Assembly (NCBI GenBank): GCA_022843285.1
Contig: JALHNY010000001.1
Location: 79,128-143,127, forward strand
Source: Minisyncoccota bacterium
Lineage (GTDB): Bacteria; Patescibacteriota; Minisyncoccia; UBA6257; 2-01-FULL-56-20
Reading direction: 5' to 3'
Length of the DNA stretch: 64,000 nucleotides
Both the position numbers and the translations under genes were made by a program. The notes under the pieces were generated by a model. The model worked only from the letters and a program-made list of their open reading frames with translations, was not told the DNA's origin and did no database searches. Below are positions 38,744-46,261 of this stretch, piece by piece (position 1 is the first letter of the stretch; each line of letters opens with the position of its first letter).

Positions 38744-39378
38744 GTGAGCGGACAGCTCTCGTGGTCGTGCCTCCGCGCGGGGCAGTGGTCGCGCCCGTAG
38801 CTCACGAGCCGGTAGCCGAGCTTGAGCCAGGAGGACTTCGGGAAAAACTCCATGAGGTCGCGCTCCACCTTCACCGGATCTGTCTCGTCGCTGAACCCGT
38901 ACCGCTTCGCGAACCGGAGCACGTGCGTGTCCACGGGAATGCCCACGACGATTCCGAACGCGTTCTGCAGGACGATGTTCGCCGTCTTTCTCGCCACGCC
39001 GGGCAGCCTGGTCAGCTCCTCCATGGTGCGCGGCACCTCTCCCCCGAACTCGTCCATGACGACGTTCGCCGCCCGCTTGAGGTTCTTCGCCTTCGCACGG
39101 TAGAAGCCGCTCGAGAAGATGAGCCGCTCGATTTCTCCCACGTCGGCATCGGCGTACTGCTTGACCGTCCTGAACCTCTTGAAGAGCTTCTTCGTGACCT
39201 CGTTGATCTGCCGGTCCGTGGACTGCGCGGACAGCATGACGGCCACGGTGAGCTCCCACGGGTTGCCGTGATCCAGGAAGACCTTGCCCTCGGGGTACAG
39301 GCGGCTCAAGACCCGGACCGCCTTGCGCGCCCGAGCTCTCAGTTCGTCCCTAGCTTTTGGCGTGAGCCTCCGCTTCAC
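38734..39378 (-). CDS. nth: Endonuclease III
   Basis: LSAQSTD, HhH LPGVARKTA and VDTHV motifs; the C-terminal Cys motif is incomplete. Confidence 0.93.
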   Translation of the reverse strand: MKRRLTPKARDELRARARKAVRVLSRLYPEGKVFLDHGNPWELTVAVMLSAQSTDRQINEVTKKLFKRFRTVKQYADADVGEIERLIFSSGFYRAKAKNLKRAANVVMDEFGGEVPRTMEELTRLPGVARKTANIVLQNAFGIVVGIPVDTHVLRFAKRYGFSDETDPVKVERDLMEFFPKSSWLKLGYRLVSYGRDHCPARRHDHESCPLTKI

Positions 39379-39635
39379 TTCGCAGCCTTCTTCGCGGTCC
39401 GCTTCTTCGGCCTGAGAATACCCAGGACGCCCTCCGCGCCACCGGTGAGCTTCTCTCCCACGGACTTCACGGCTCCGGCTACCGCCTTCACCTCAGAGCG
39501 GACGGTGCGGGCCAGCGCGAACAGCTCGAACACCGTCTTGATCAGCAGCGCGAGGGCGATGACCATGCCCAGCCCCACGAGCGCCGCGAGGACCAGGACG
39601 ATGGTGACGAGCACGCTGATTACCTCGGAGTCCAT
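39375..39635 (-). CDS. Small TM protein with basic tail
   Basis: Long hydrophobic N-terminus; GTGA overlap with nth. Confidence 0.65.
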   Translation of the reverse strand: MDSEVISVLVTIVLVLAALVGLGMVIALALLIKTVFELFALARTVRSEVKAVAGAVKSVGEKLTGGAEGVLGILRPKKRTAKKAAK

Positions 39636-39839
39636 TTACTTGGATTCACGGATCATGCGCTCGACCTCCTCGCGCGAGACGAGGTTGCGCGCCCTGATGG
39701 CCTTCTCCACCTCCTCGCGAATGACCTCTTCCATCATGCCCTTGCTCTCCTTGGCCTTCTCGAGGAGGTCCTTGATCTGGTCCGGGCTCATGCCCTTGAG
39801 CATCTCCTGGGCGCCCTTCAGCTGTCCGAAGATGCTCAT
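39636..39839 (-). CDS. Small helical hypothetical protein
   Basis: Translationally coupled to both neighbours; core-like codon usage. Confidence 0.65.
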   Translation of the reverse strand: MSIFGQLKGAQEMLKGMSPDQIKDLLEKAKESKGMMEEVIREEVEKAIRARNLVSREEVERMIRESK

Positions 39840-40072
39840 GCGACCGGCGCCGCGTCCGGTGCGACCTCGTCCTCGGGGTTGCTCTCGCGGTCGGCGATGA
39901 GCTGCTCGAGGAGGGCTACCTGCTCACCCTTCTGGGTGGCGAGCTGGTCCCAGAACGCGAGGAGCTCCTCGTCCCCCTCCGCGTCCTCCCGGTAGTCGTT
40001 GAGGATGCGCCAGAGGCTCTTGTGCTCCTGCACGGCTTGCATCATGAGGTTATACACGTTGTTGTCGTACAT
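39836..40072 (-). CDS. Small acidic, possibly half-ferritin-like protein
   Basis: [20 protein letters not shown] two-helix pattern; TACTAT lies 6 nt before the ATG. Confidence 0.65.
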   Translation of the reverse strand: MYDNNVYNLMMQAVQEHKSLWRILNDYREDAEGDEELLAFWDQLATQKGEQVALLEQLIADRESNPEDEVAPDAAPVA

Positions 40073-40114
40073 GCGTGCATAGTACCATACCGTGGCTCAC
40101 CAAAATCAACTTCC

Positions 40115-40435
40115 ATGCTCAAAGAATTCAAGGAGTTCGCCATGCAGGGCAACGTGCTCGACCTGGCCATCGGCGTCATCATCGGTGCCGCGTTCGGCAA
40201 GATCGTGACCTCGCTCGTGAATGACATCATCATGCCGCTCATCGGCATCATCCTGGGCGGCTACGACTTCAAGACCATGTCGCTCTCGATCGGCGAGTCC
40301 ACGCTCATGTACGGCGCGTTCATTCAGAACATTGTCGACTTCGTCATCGTAGCCTTCGTCATCTTCATCTCAATCCGCACGATCAACCGCGTCTCCAAGC
40401 GGCAGGTCGCGACGGTCGAGAAGAAAGCTGAGTAA
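40115..40435 (+). CDS. mscL: Large-conductance mechanosensitive channel
   Basis: [32 protein letters not shown]. Confidence 0.96.
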   Translation: MLKEFKEFAMQGNVLDLAIGVIIGAAFGKIVTSLVNDIIMPLIGIILGGYDFKTMSLSIGESTLMYGAFIQNIVDFVIVAFVIFISIRTINRVSKRQVATVEKKAE

Positions 40436-40445
40436 CTGCGGTCAC

Positions 40446-40482
40446 AAAAAAAAGAGCCAGCACGTCGCTGGCTCTTTTTTTT
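40446..40482. terminator. Bidirectional intrinsic terminator
   Basis: A8-GAGCCAGC-acgtc-GCTGGCTC-T8. Confidence 0.9.
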
Positions 40483-40491
40483 ACGTTCCCT

Positions 40492-41061
40492 TTACTCGAA
40501 CGACACCGAGCTGAGGATCGCGTCGAAGTCCCCCAGCAGGCGATCAGCCGCCTCCATCCAGGTGACCGCGAACACGTAGGCGCGCGTCCCCTTCGTGACG
40601 ACGACAGTCTTGCCCTCGTAGAGGCCGGACCAGCTGAACGTCACGCCCCGCTGCCCGCTGACCGTGGTTGCCGTTGAAGAGGTGTTGGCAACGGTCCAGT
40701 TGGTGTCCCGCTGCACCCAGTCCTCAGCGGGCAGCTCGTCCGGGTTCTCGTACACGTCCACCGTGATGCTGGTCGGTCCCTCGCGACCCTCCGCGCCCTC
40801 GCCATCGAGGAGGGCGACGTTCTCCGGCGTGTTCTCGACGAGCACGATGGACAGCGGGTTCACCGTGCCCTCGCGCTCAATCTCTTTCATGTAGAGGCCC
40901 TCCTCGGGGGTGGCGAACGCGATGCCCCCGAGCTCGCTGCGGTACCCGGTGGGCACCCCAGCATCGGGCTCCGGCCGCGTGCGGCTGAGCCCGAGGTGCA
41001 GGAGCCCGAGGCCGATGACCGTGACGATGAGTCCGAGGAGAATCTTGGAGGTGGTCTTCAT
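40492..41061 (-). CDS. Membrane-anchored extracytoplasmic protein (PsbP-like fold possible)
   Basis: N-terminal TM helix; ends FDAILSSVSF. Confidence 0.65.
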   Translation of the reverse strand: MKTTSKILLGLIVTVIGLGLLHLGLSRTRPEPDAGVPTGYRSELGGIAFATPEEGLYMKEIEREGTVNPLSIVLVENTPENVALLDGEGAEGREGPTSITVDVYENPDELPAEDWVQRDTNWTVANTSSTATTVSGQRGVTFSWSGLYEGKTVVVTKGTRAYVFAVTWMEAADRLLGDFDAILSSVSFE

Positions 41062-41129
41062 GGGATTTGCTTTGGCACATCTTACCACGACCTTGCCCAG
41101 AGGCCTCAATTTCCGTACCTTGAACGCTC

Positions 41130-42596
41130 ATGCCCAAAGCAGCAGCACCCACGGGAGAAGTCGTCCTCCGCTTCGACGGGGTCTCCTTCGAGTACAGCAA
41201 CCAGAAGCCCATCCTCGATGACGTCTCCTTTTCGGTGCGCCGCGGAGCGAAGATCACGCTCATGGGACAAAACGGTGCCGGCAAGAGCACCATCTTCCAG
41301 CTCATCACGCGTGACCTGAAGCCGGAGGGCAAGGTGGTCACGGACAAGGATGCGAGCATCGCCATTGCGCGGCAGGTCATCCCCCGCGCCGAGCTCGCCC
41401 TGTCCGTGCGTGACTTCTTCGGCGCCGTCTTCTCTGACGTCCCCCGCGATTTGGACAAGCGCATCGCCCGCGTGCTCGACGCGGTCAACCTCGAGGCGAA
41501 CCTGGACCGCGCGGTCTCCGAGTTCTCCGGTGGCCAGCAGGCGCGCCTCCTCCTCGCGCAAGCGCTCATCCAAGATCCGGACATTCTGCTGCTCGACGAG
41601 CCGACGAACAACCTCGACAAGGCGGGCATCGAGCACCTCGTCGCGTTCCTACTCGAGACTGATGCCACCGTGCTCGTCATTAGCCACGACGCGGACTTCC
41701 TCAACAGTTTCTCGACGGGCGTCCTGTACCTGGACCTGCACACCCGCAAGGTGGAGCAGTACACCGGCAACTACTTCTCCGTGGTGAAGGAAATCGCCGC
41801 GCGCCTCGAGCGCGAGCGGCAGAAGAACGTGCGCATTGCCAAGGAGATTGCCCACCGCAAGGAGCAGGCCAACTTCTTCGCGCAGAAGGGCGGCCACATG
41901 CGCGACGTGGCCAAGAAGATGCGCGACAAGATCGACGAGCTCGAGGACGACGTCGTCGAGGTGCGCAGGGAGGACAAGACCATCCGCCCGTTCACCATTC
42001 CGGAGCAACCCGACCTGGGCCGCATCCTGGTCGAGATCACGAGCCTCGACGTCATGCGCAAGACGGGCCCCGCCGCGCGCCCCGTGAAGCTCGAGATGCG
42101 CAAGAATGAGCACCTGCACCTGACCGGCCCCAACGGCACCGGCAAGTCCACGCTCCTGCGCGCAATCGTCGCCGGCAAAGCCGCGGGCGTGAAGGTGCAG
42201 GACGGCCTCAAGGTCGGCTACTACAGCCAGGACTTCAGCAACCTGGACCACGACAAGGTGGTGTACGAGGTGCTCCGCGACGAGATTCAGGGCGGCACGG
42301 ACCAGGAGCTGCGCAGCCACGCGGCGGGCTTCCTCATAGACGCGGAGATCATCCGCACCAGGGTCGGCGCCCTCTCCGAAGGACAGAAGGGCCTCGTGGC
42401 CTTCGCGCGCCTCGCCCTGACCAAGCCGGGCCTCCTCATCCTCGATGAGCCGACCAACCACATCAACTTCCGGCACATTCCCGTGATCGCGAAGGCGCTC
42501 GACAGGTACGCCGGCGCGATGATCCTGGTGTCCCACGTTCCCGAGTTCGTGAAGCAGATTCGCATCGACCACACGATTGATCTGGGAAAAATCTGA
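41130..42596 (+). CDS. ABC-F family ATP-binding protein
   Basis: Two NBDs (GQNGAGKST/FSGGQ/LDEPTN and GPNGTGKST/LSEGQ/LDEPTN) and no TM segments. Confidence 0.93.
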   Translation: MPKAAAPTGEVVLRFDGVSFEYSNQKPILDDVSFSVRRGAKITLMGQNGAGKSTIFQLITRDLKPEGKVVTDKDASIAIARQVIPRAELALSVRDFFGAVFSDVPRDLDKRIARVLDAVNLEANLDRAVSEFSGGQQARLLLAQALIQDPDILLLDEPTNNLDKAGIEHLVAFLLETDATVLVISHDADFLNSFSTGVLYLDLHTRKVEQYTGNYFSVVKEIAARLERERQKNVRIAKEIAHRKEQANFFAQKGGHMRDVAKKMRDKIDELEDDVVEVRREDKTIRPFTIPEQPDLGRILVEITSLDVMRKTGPAARPVKLEMRKNEHLHLTGPNGTGKSTLLRAIVAGKAAGVKVQDGLKVGYYSQDFSNLDHDKVVYEVLRDEIQGGTDQELRSHAAGFLIDAEIIRTRVGALSEGQKGLVAFARLALTKPGLLILDEPTNHINFRHIPVIAKALDRYAGAMILVSHVPEFVKQIRIDHTIDLGKI

Positions 42597-42619
42597 TTTG
42601 ACGTTTCCGCTACTTGCCT

Positions 42620-42752
42620 GTTTGGTTACAGCAGCAACGGCATGGTGTAGGTGACCCTGAGAGGGTGCTCACCGCCAGGGTTCGATTCCCTGCCCGGACC
42701 GAGTCTCTCGGGATGGTGGTGCTAGAAGAGGCGGCCCAGAGCCGCCCTTTTT
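42620..42752 (+). ncRNA. Candidate tRNA-like (T-loop-containing) non-coding RNA with its own terminator
   Basis: CAGGG-TTCGATT-CCCTG (42676-42692), flanking hairpins and GGCGGC/GCCGCC-CTTTTT. No canonical D arm or anticodon loop. Confidence 0.45.
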
Positions 42753-42770
42753 GTGCCGTATACTTGCAGC

Positions 42771-43241
42771 ATGACCCTCAAAGCTGGCGACACTGCACCG
42801 ACGTTCACCCTCCCGGACCAGGACGGCAACCCGCGCTCCCTCTCCGATTACCGCGGCAAGTGGGTGCTGCTCTACTTCTACCCGAAGGATGACACGCCCG
42901 GCTGCACCACCGAGGCGTGCACACTCCGGGATGCGCAGGCGGACTACGAGAAGCTCGGCATCCAGGTCCTGGGCGTCAGCGCGGACTCCGTGGCGCGCCA
43001 CGCCAAGTTCCGGGACAAGTACGACCTCCCCTTCCCCCTGCTCTCGGACACCGAGCGCACCGTCCTGGAGGCGTACGGGGCTTGGCGCGAGAAGAAATTC
43101 ATGGGCCGGACCTACATGGGCATCGCCCGGATATCCTTCCTGATCGACCCAGCGGGCAAGATTTTCAAGGCGTACGAGGCCGTGAAGCCGCCCGCCCACG
43201 CGGGGGAGGTTTTGGCGGACACCCGGGCAGCGGCGGGCTAG
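42771..43241 (+). CDS. bcp: Thioredoxin-dependent peroxiredoxin (BCP/PrxQ)
   Basis: YFYPKDDTPGCTTEAC motif. Confidence 0.95.
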   Translation: MTLKAGDTAPTFTLPDQDGNPRSLSDYRGKWVLLYFYPKDDTPGCTTEACTLRDAQADYEKLGIQVLGVSADSVARHAKFRDKYDLPFPLLSDTERTVLEAYGAWREKKFMGRTYMGIARISFLIDPAGKIFKAYEAVKPPAHAGEVLADTRAAAG

Positions 43242-43274
43242 TTCCCGGCCAGCGGTTGCTGGTATACTTCCCGC

Positions 43275-43439
43275 ATGTCCAACATCTCTCAGGAATTCGT
43301 TTCCGGCGAGCGCCGCCCGTACAAGCTCGCTCTCGGCAAGATCAACGCTAGCTCCCTCTCCGGATTCATCGCCGGCGCGATCGTCGCGTCGATCATTTTC
43401 CTCACCGGAATTCTCCTCTCCATCTACTTCTTCCAGTAG
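43275..43439 (+). CDS. Small tail-anchored membrane protein (54 aa), not in the ORF track
   Basis: TATACT-6 nt-ATG; MSNISQEFVSGERRPYKLALGKINASSLSGFIAGAIVASIIFLTGILLSIYFFQ*; coupled to the next ORF. Confidence 0.65.
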   Translation: MSNISQEFVSGERRPYKLALGKINASSLSGFIAGAIVASIIFLTGILLSIYFFQ

Positions 43440-43699
43440 TGGCTGAGCGGAAGCTCTGGTTCAAGGCCAAGCGGTACGGCTGGGGTTGGCACCCAGCCTC
43501 GTGGCAGGGCTGGCTGTGTGTGGCTGCGTACGTCGCAGCCATTTGCACGTCCTCGTGGCTCATGGCTGTGCACGGCGCGTCTGATGACATCGTGCTGGGG
43601 CTCTCGTTCCTGGCTGCAATTTGCGCCACGGCGGCGCTGATTGCCATTTGCTGGGCGCGCGGAGAGGCTCCCCGCTGGCGCTGGGGCAAGAGAGCCTAG
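43439..43699 (+). CDS. Small Trp-rich two-TM protein
   Basis: WFKAKRYGWGWHPASWQGW..GEAPRWRWG. Confidence 0.7.
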   Translation: MAERKLWFKAKRYGWGWHPASWQGWLCVAAYVAAICTSSWLMAVHGASDDIVLGLSFLAAICATAALIAICWARGEAPRWRWGKRA

Positions 43700-44313
43700 T
43701 ACAGCTCGATTCCCAGGGCCGCCATGATCTGTGCCCTGAAGAGCAGCGTCACGAGCATCGCGATCAGGAACGGGATGCCGAGCGTGGTGAGCTGCTCTTT
43801 GAAGACTGCCGTGCGCACCACCGAGACCACCACGAGCGCCACGCCCGCGAGCGGCAGGAGCACCACTACCCCCGGCCACCCAATGACGAACATTGCCAGC
43901 GTGGCGAGCACGATTTCTCCCTCGTCGAAGAAGCGATCCGTCCTTGCCCTGAGCACCCGCAGGAACACGTACCAGGCGACTGCCAGAATGGTAGCCAGGA
44001 TGAGCCCCATCCAGAACTGCTGGGTCACGTAGCCCACGAAGTACGAGATGGGCTGGTGCGGCGGGAGGAACAGCTGCGTGAAGCTCTCCTGCGTCCATAG
44101 CCAGTACTGGGCTGCCGTCTGGTACGCGGCGATGGAGGCCCTGGCCAGGAAGCCGAAGGCGAGGAGCACGACACCCGCGAAGTGCATCTCCTTGCCAGGC
44201 CTCAGGTACGCGTACGCCGCGACCATGCCCAGCGCCATGACCCACAGGACGTACGTGGGCCCATCCGCGAGGAGCCAGTTGGTGACGGGGTTGGTGAAGA
44301 AGGTCGCGTACAT
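43696..44313 (-). CDS. Polytopic membrane protein (C-terminus resembles the prepilin-peptidase TM region)
   Basis: Five to six TM segments with IGWPG..PFL; TAAAAT lies 8 nt before the ATG. Confidence 0.6.
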   Translation of the reverse strand: MYATFFTNPVTNWLLADGPTYVLWVMALGMVAAYAYLRPGKEMHFAGVVLLAFGFLARASIAAYQTAAQYWLWTQESFTQLFLPPHQPISYFVGYVTQQFWMGLILATILAVAWYVFLRVLRARTDRFFDEGEIVLATLAMFVIGWPGVVVLLPLAGVALVVVSVVRTAVFKEQLTTLGIPFLIAMLVTLLFRAQIMAALGIELY

Positions 44314-44331
44314 GTGCACCCATTTTACAAC

Positions 44332-44358
44332 AAAAACGGACCCAGCAAGCTGGGTCCG
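44332..44358 (-). terminator. Intrinsic terminator of the 3D-domain gene
   Basis: AAAAA-CGGACCCAGC-AA-GCTGGGTCCG. Confidence 0.75.
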
Positions 44359-44379
44359 AGTCTAGGGTTATGCGGCGGG

Positions 44380-44970
44380 CTACCTGGTCACGGAGACCAG
44401 TTCCGGCGCGACGTTTTCCATGTTCTTCTTTGCGTCTGCTTGGGCGACCACCTGCTCGAAGACAGAGGAGATGCTCTCGTCGTAGTCGAACGTCCACCAG
44501 CTCAGGGCGTTCTGGTCAAAGAACGCGCACTGATCTGGGGAGGGCTCGTCTAGGATGACGTACACGTCCTGGAACCTTTTGCCAAAGCGCAGAGCCTCGG
44601 CGTGCGTCCGAGCACGAATGTCGAACTGCACGATTCCCTGACGCGCCATCTTCCTCATCCCGCCGCCCGTGTCGTCCACGTTGCGGATGGGATTCGTTTT
44701 CAGACCCGGGATGAATACGCGAGAGCCGAATGGTACCAGCTGCGGTGCAGCTGCCACTCCATTAGGTTTTCGTGCATCGGTGCCTGTCGCGGTCTTCTTT
44801 CCGCCCGACCACTTCTCACAACAGATAGAGCATGTGCAGTAGCTGGTGAGCTTGGCGCGGACTTTGTAGACCTTCGGTGCAGGGAGCTGTGCTTCCTGCG
44901 CGGTTGCCTGAGAGACAAAAAGAAAATTAATGAAAATTATTACGAATAAGAAAGTTTTGTATTGGAACAA
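44380..44970 (-). CDS. Secreted 3D-domain protein (MltA-like 3-Asp family)
   Basis: TSYC.C..CC, TATG, VPFGSRVFIPG, DDTGG and FDI motifs; AGGAGG SD with a TTG start; promoter TTGACT-17-TACAAT (45019-45047). Confidence 0.8.
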   Translation of the reverse strand: MFQYKTFLFVIIFINFLFVSQATAQEAQLPAPKVYKVRAKLTSYCTCSICCEKWSGGKKTATGTDARKPNGVAAAPQLVPFGSRVFIPGLKTNPIRNVDDTGGGMRKMARQGIVQFDIRARTHAEALRFGKRFQDVYVILDEPSPDQCAFFDQNALSWWTFDYDESISSVFEQVVAQADAKKNMENVAPELVSVTR

Positions 44971-45063
44971 AAATGCTTTCCTCCTTTGTTAAAGTTCTAA
45001 CTGCTAAATAGCTCACGCATTGTAATACACAGTTGTGAATAAGTCAAGCTTGACGTAGAAACG

Positions 45064-46260
45064 CTAGTAAAACATGGCTTTTCCACGCATTCGCCGGTGA
45101 TTTTTGATGGCAAACCGGTGGGCCTCGTCCCTCACCCGGATCAGAGTTTCCACGCTCACGGTGTGGGGCACGACCCCGATGACGTCGTTCCTCTTGCGCT
45201 CAGTCCCCTTGGCTATGCCCACCACCGGAACCTTGACCCCCGCCTCGCGCAGGACGGCCTTCACCGCGTGCACCTGCCCCGCTCCCCCGTCGATGAGGAA
45301 GGCGTCGGGCAGAGGCCACTCGGGGTGCTTGAGCCTGCGGGTGATGACCTCGGCGAGCGACGCGTAGTCGTCCGGCTGGCTCACGCTCTTGATCTTGAAG
45401 AGGCGGTACGAGGCTTTCTCGGGCTCGCCGTTCACGAAGACCACCATGGACCCCACGGACTGGTTGCCCATGGTGTTGCTGATGTCGTACCCCTCCACCC
45501 GCACCGTGCGCTCGCGGTCCCGCTGCACCTCCTCGCGCGTGATGATGGAGGTGTCGTTCACGTGCTCCAGGGCAAATAGCGTGCGCTTAATCTTCTCAGC
45601 CTTCTCGAACTCGAGGCTTTTAGCCGCCGAGCTCATGCTGCGCCGGAGCTGCGCGATCACCTGCTTCTGCTTTCCGGCGAGAATGAGCTCGAGCTTCCGC
45701 ACCGCCGCGCGGTACATGCGCTTGTCCACGAGCCCCGCGCAGGTGCCGGGGCAGAGGCCGATCTGGTAATCGAAGCAGGGCCGGTCTCCTGGCTTGCCCG
45801 GCGCGTGGGTCGCGTACGGGATGATGCGGCGCAGGATGCGCATGCCCTCCCTTATCGGCCGGTCCGCCAGAAACGGCCCGTACCGCTTTCCCTGGATGGG
45901 CGTCCTGGCTCGCACCAGCTGGATGCGGGGAAAGTCCTCATCCGTGAACTCCACGTACGTGAAGCTCTTGTCGTCCTTCTGCTCGATGTTGTAGAACGGC
46001 AGGAACTCCTTGATGCGAGCTGCCTCGACGATGAGAGCCTCGAGCGCGGACCCCGCGTCCTCGTGGTCAACCCGGACCACCTCCCGCACGAGCGCGCTGA
46101 TTCGCGCGTCCTGGGGGCGCGTGAAGTAGCTCGAGACGCGCCGCTTGAGGTTGACCGCCTTCCCGACGTAGATAATGGTCCCCTTCGCGTTGCGCATGAG
46201 GTACACGCCCGGCGTCGAGGGTAGGTCCTCGTACAGGTGCGCCTTCGGGTTCCTCTCCAT
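45064..46260 (-). CDS. uvrC: Excinuclease ABC subunit C (short, lacks C-terminal HhH)
   Basis: GIY-YIG (PGVY..YVGKA..RVSSYF), EGYDISN, IDGG.GQ and RDEAHRFA motifs. Confidence 0.9.
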   Translation of the reverse strand: MERNPKAHLYEDLPSTPGVYLMRNAKGTIIYVGKAVNLKRRVSSYFTRPQDARISALVREVVRVDHEDAGSALEALIVEAARIKEFLPFYNIEQKDDKSFTYVEFTDEDFPRIQLVRARTPIQGKRYGPFLADRPIREGMRILRRIIPYATHAPGKPGDRPCFDYQIGLCPGTCAGLVDKRMYRAAVRKLELILAGKQKQVIAQLRRSMSSAAKSLEFEKAEKIKRTLFALEHVNDTSIITREEVQRDRERTVRVEGYDISNTMGNQSVGSMVVFVNGEPEKASYRLFKIKSVSQPDDYASLAEVITRRLKHPEWPLPDAFLIDGGAGQVHAVKAVLREAGVKVPVVGIAKGTERKRNDVIGVVPHTVSVETLIRVRDEAHRFAIKNHRRMRGKAMFY

Positions 46261-46261
46261 G

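Noticed and set aside
42620-42720. Canonical tRNA, tRNA-Sec or tmRNA
   Set aside because: There is no valid anticodon loop or D arm, no TCA anticodon arm, and no Ala-type acceptor or tag reading frame. Kept only as an ncRNA candidate.
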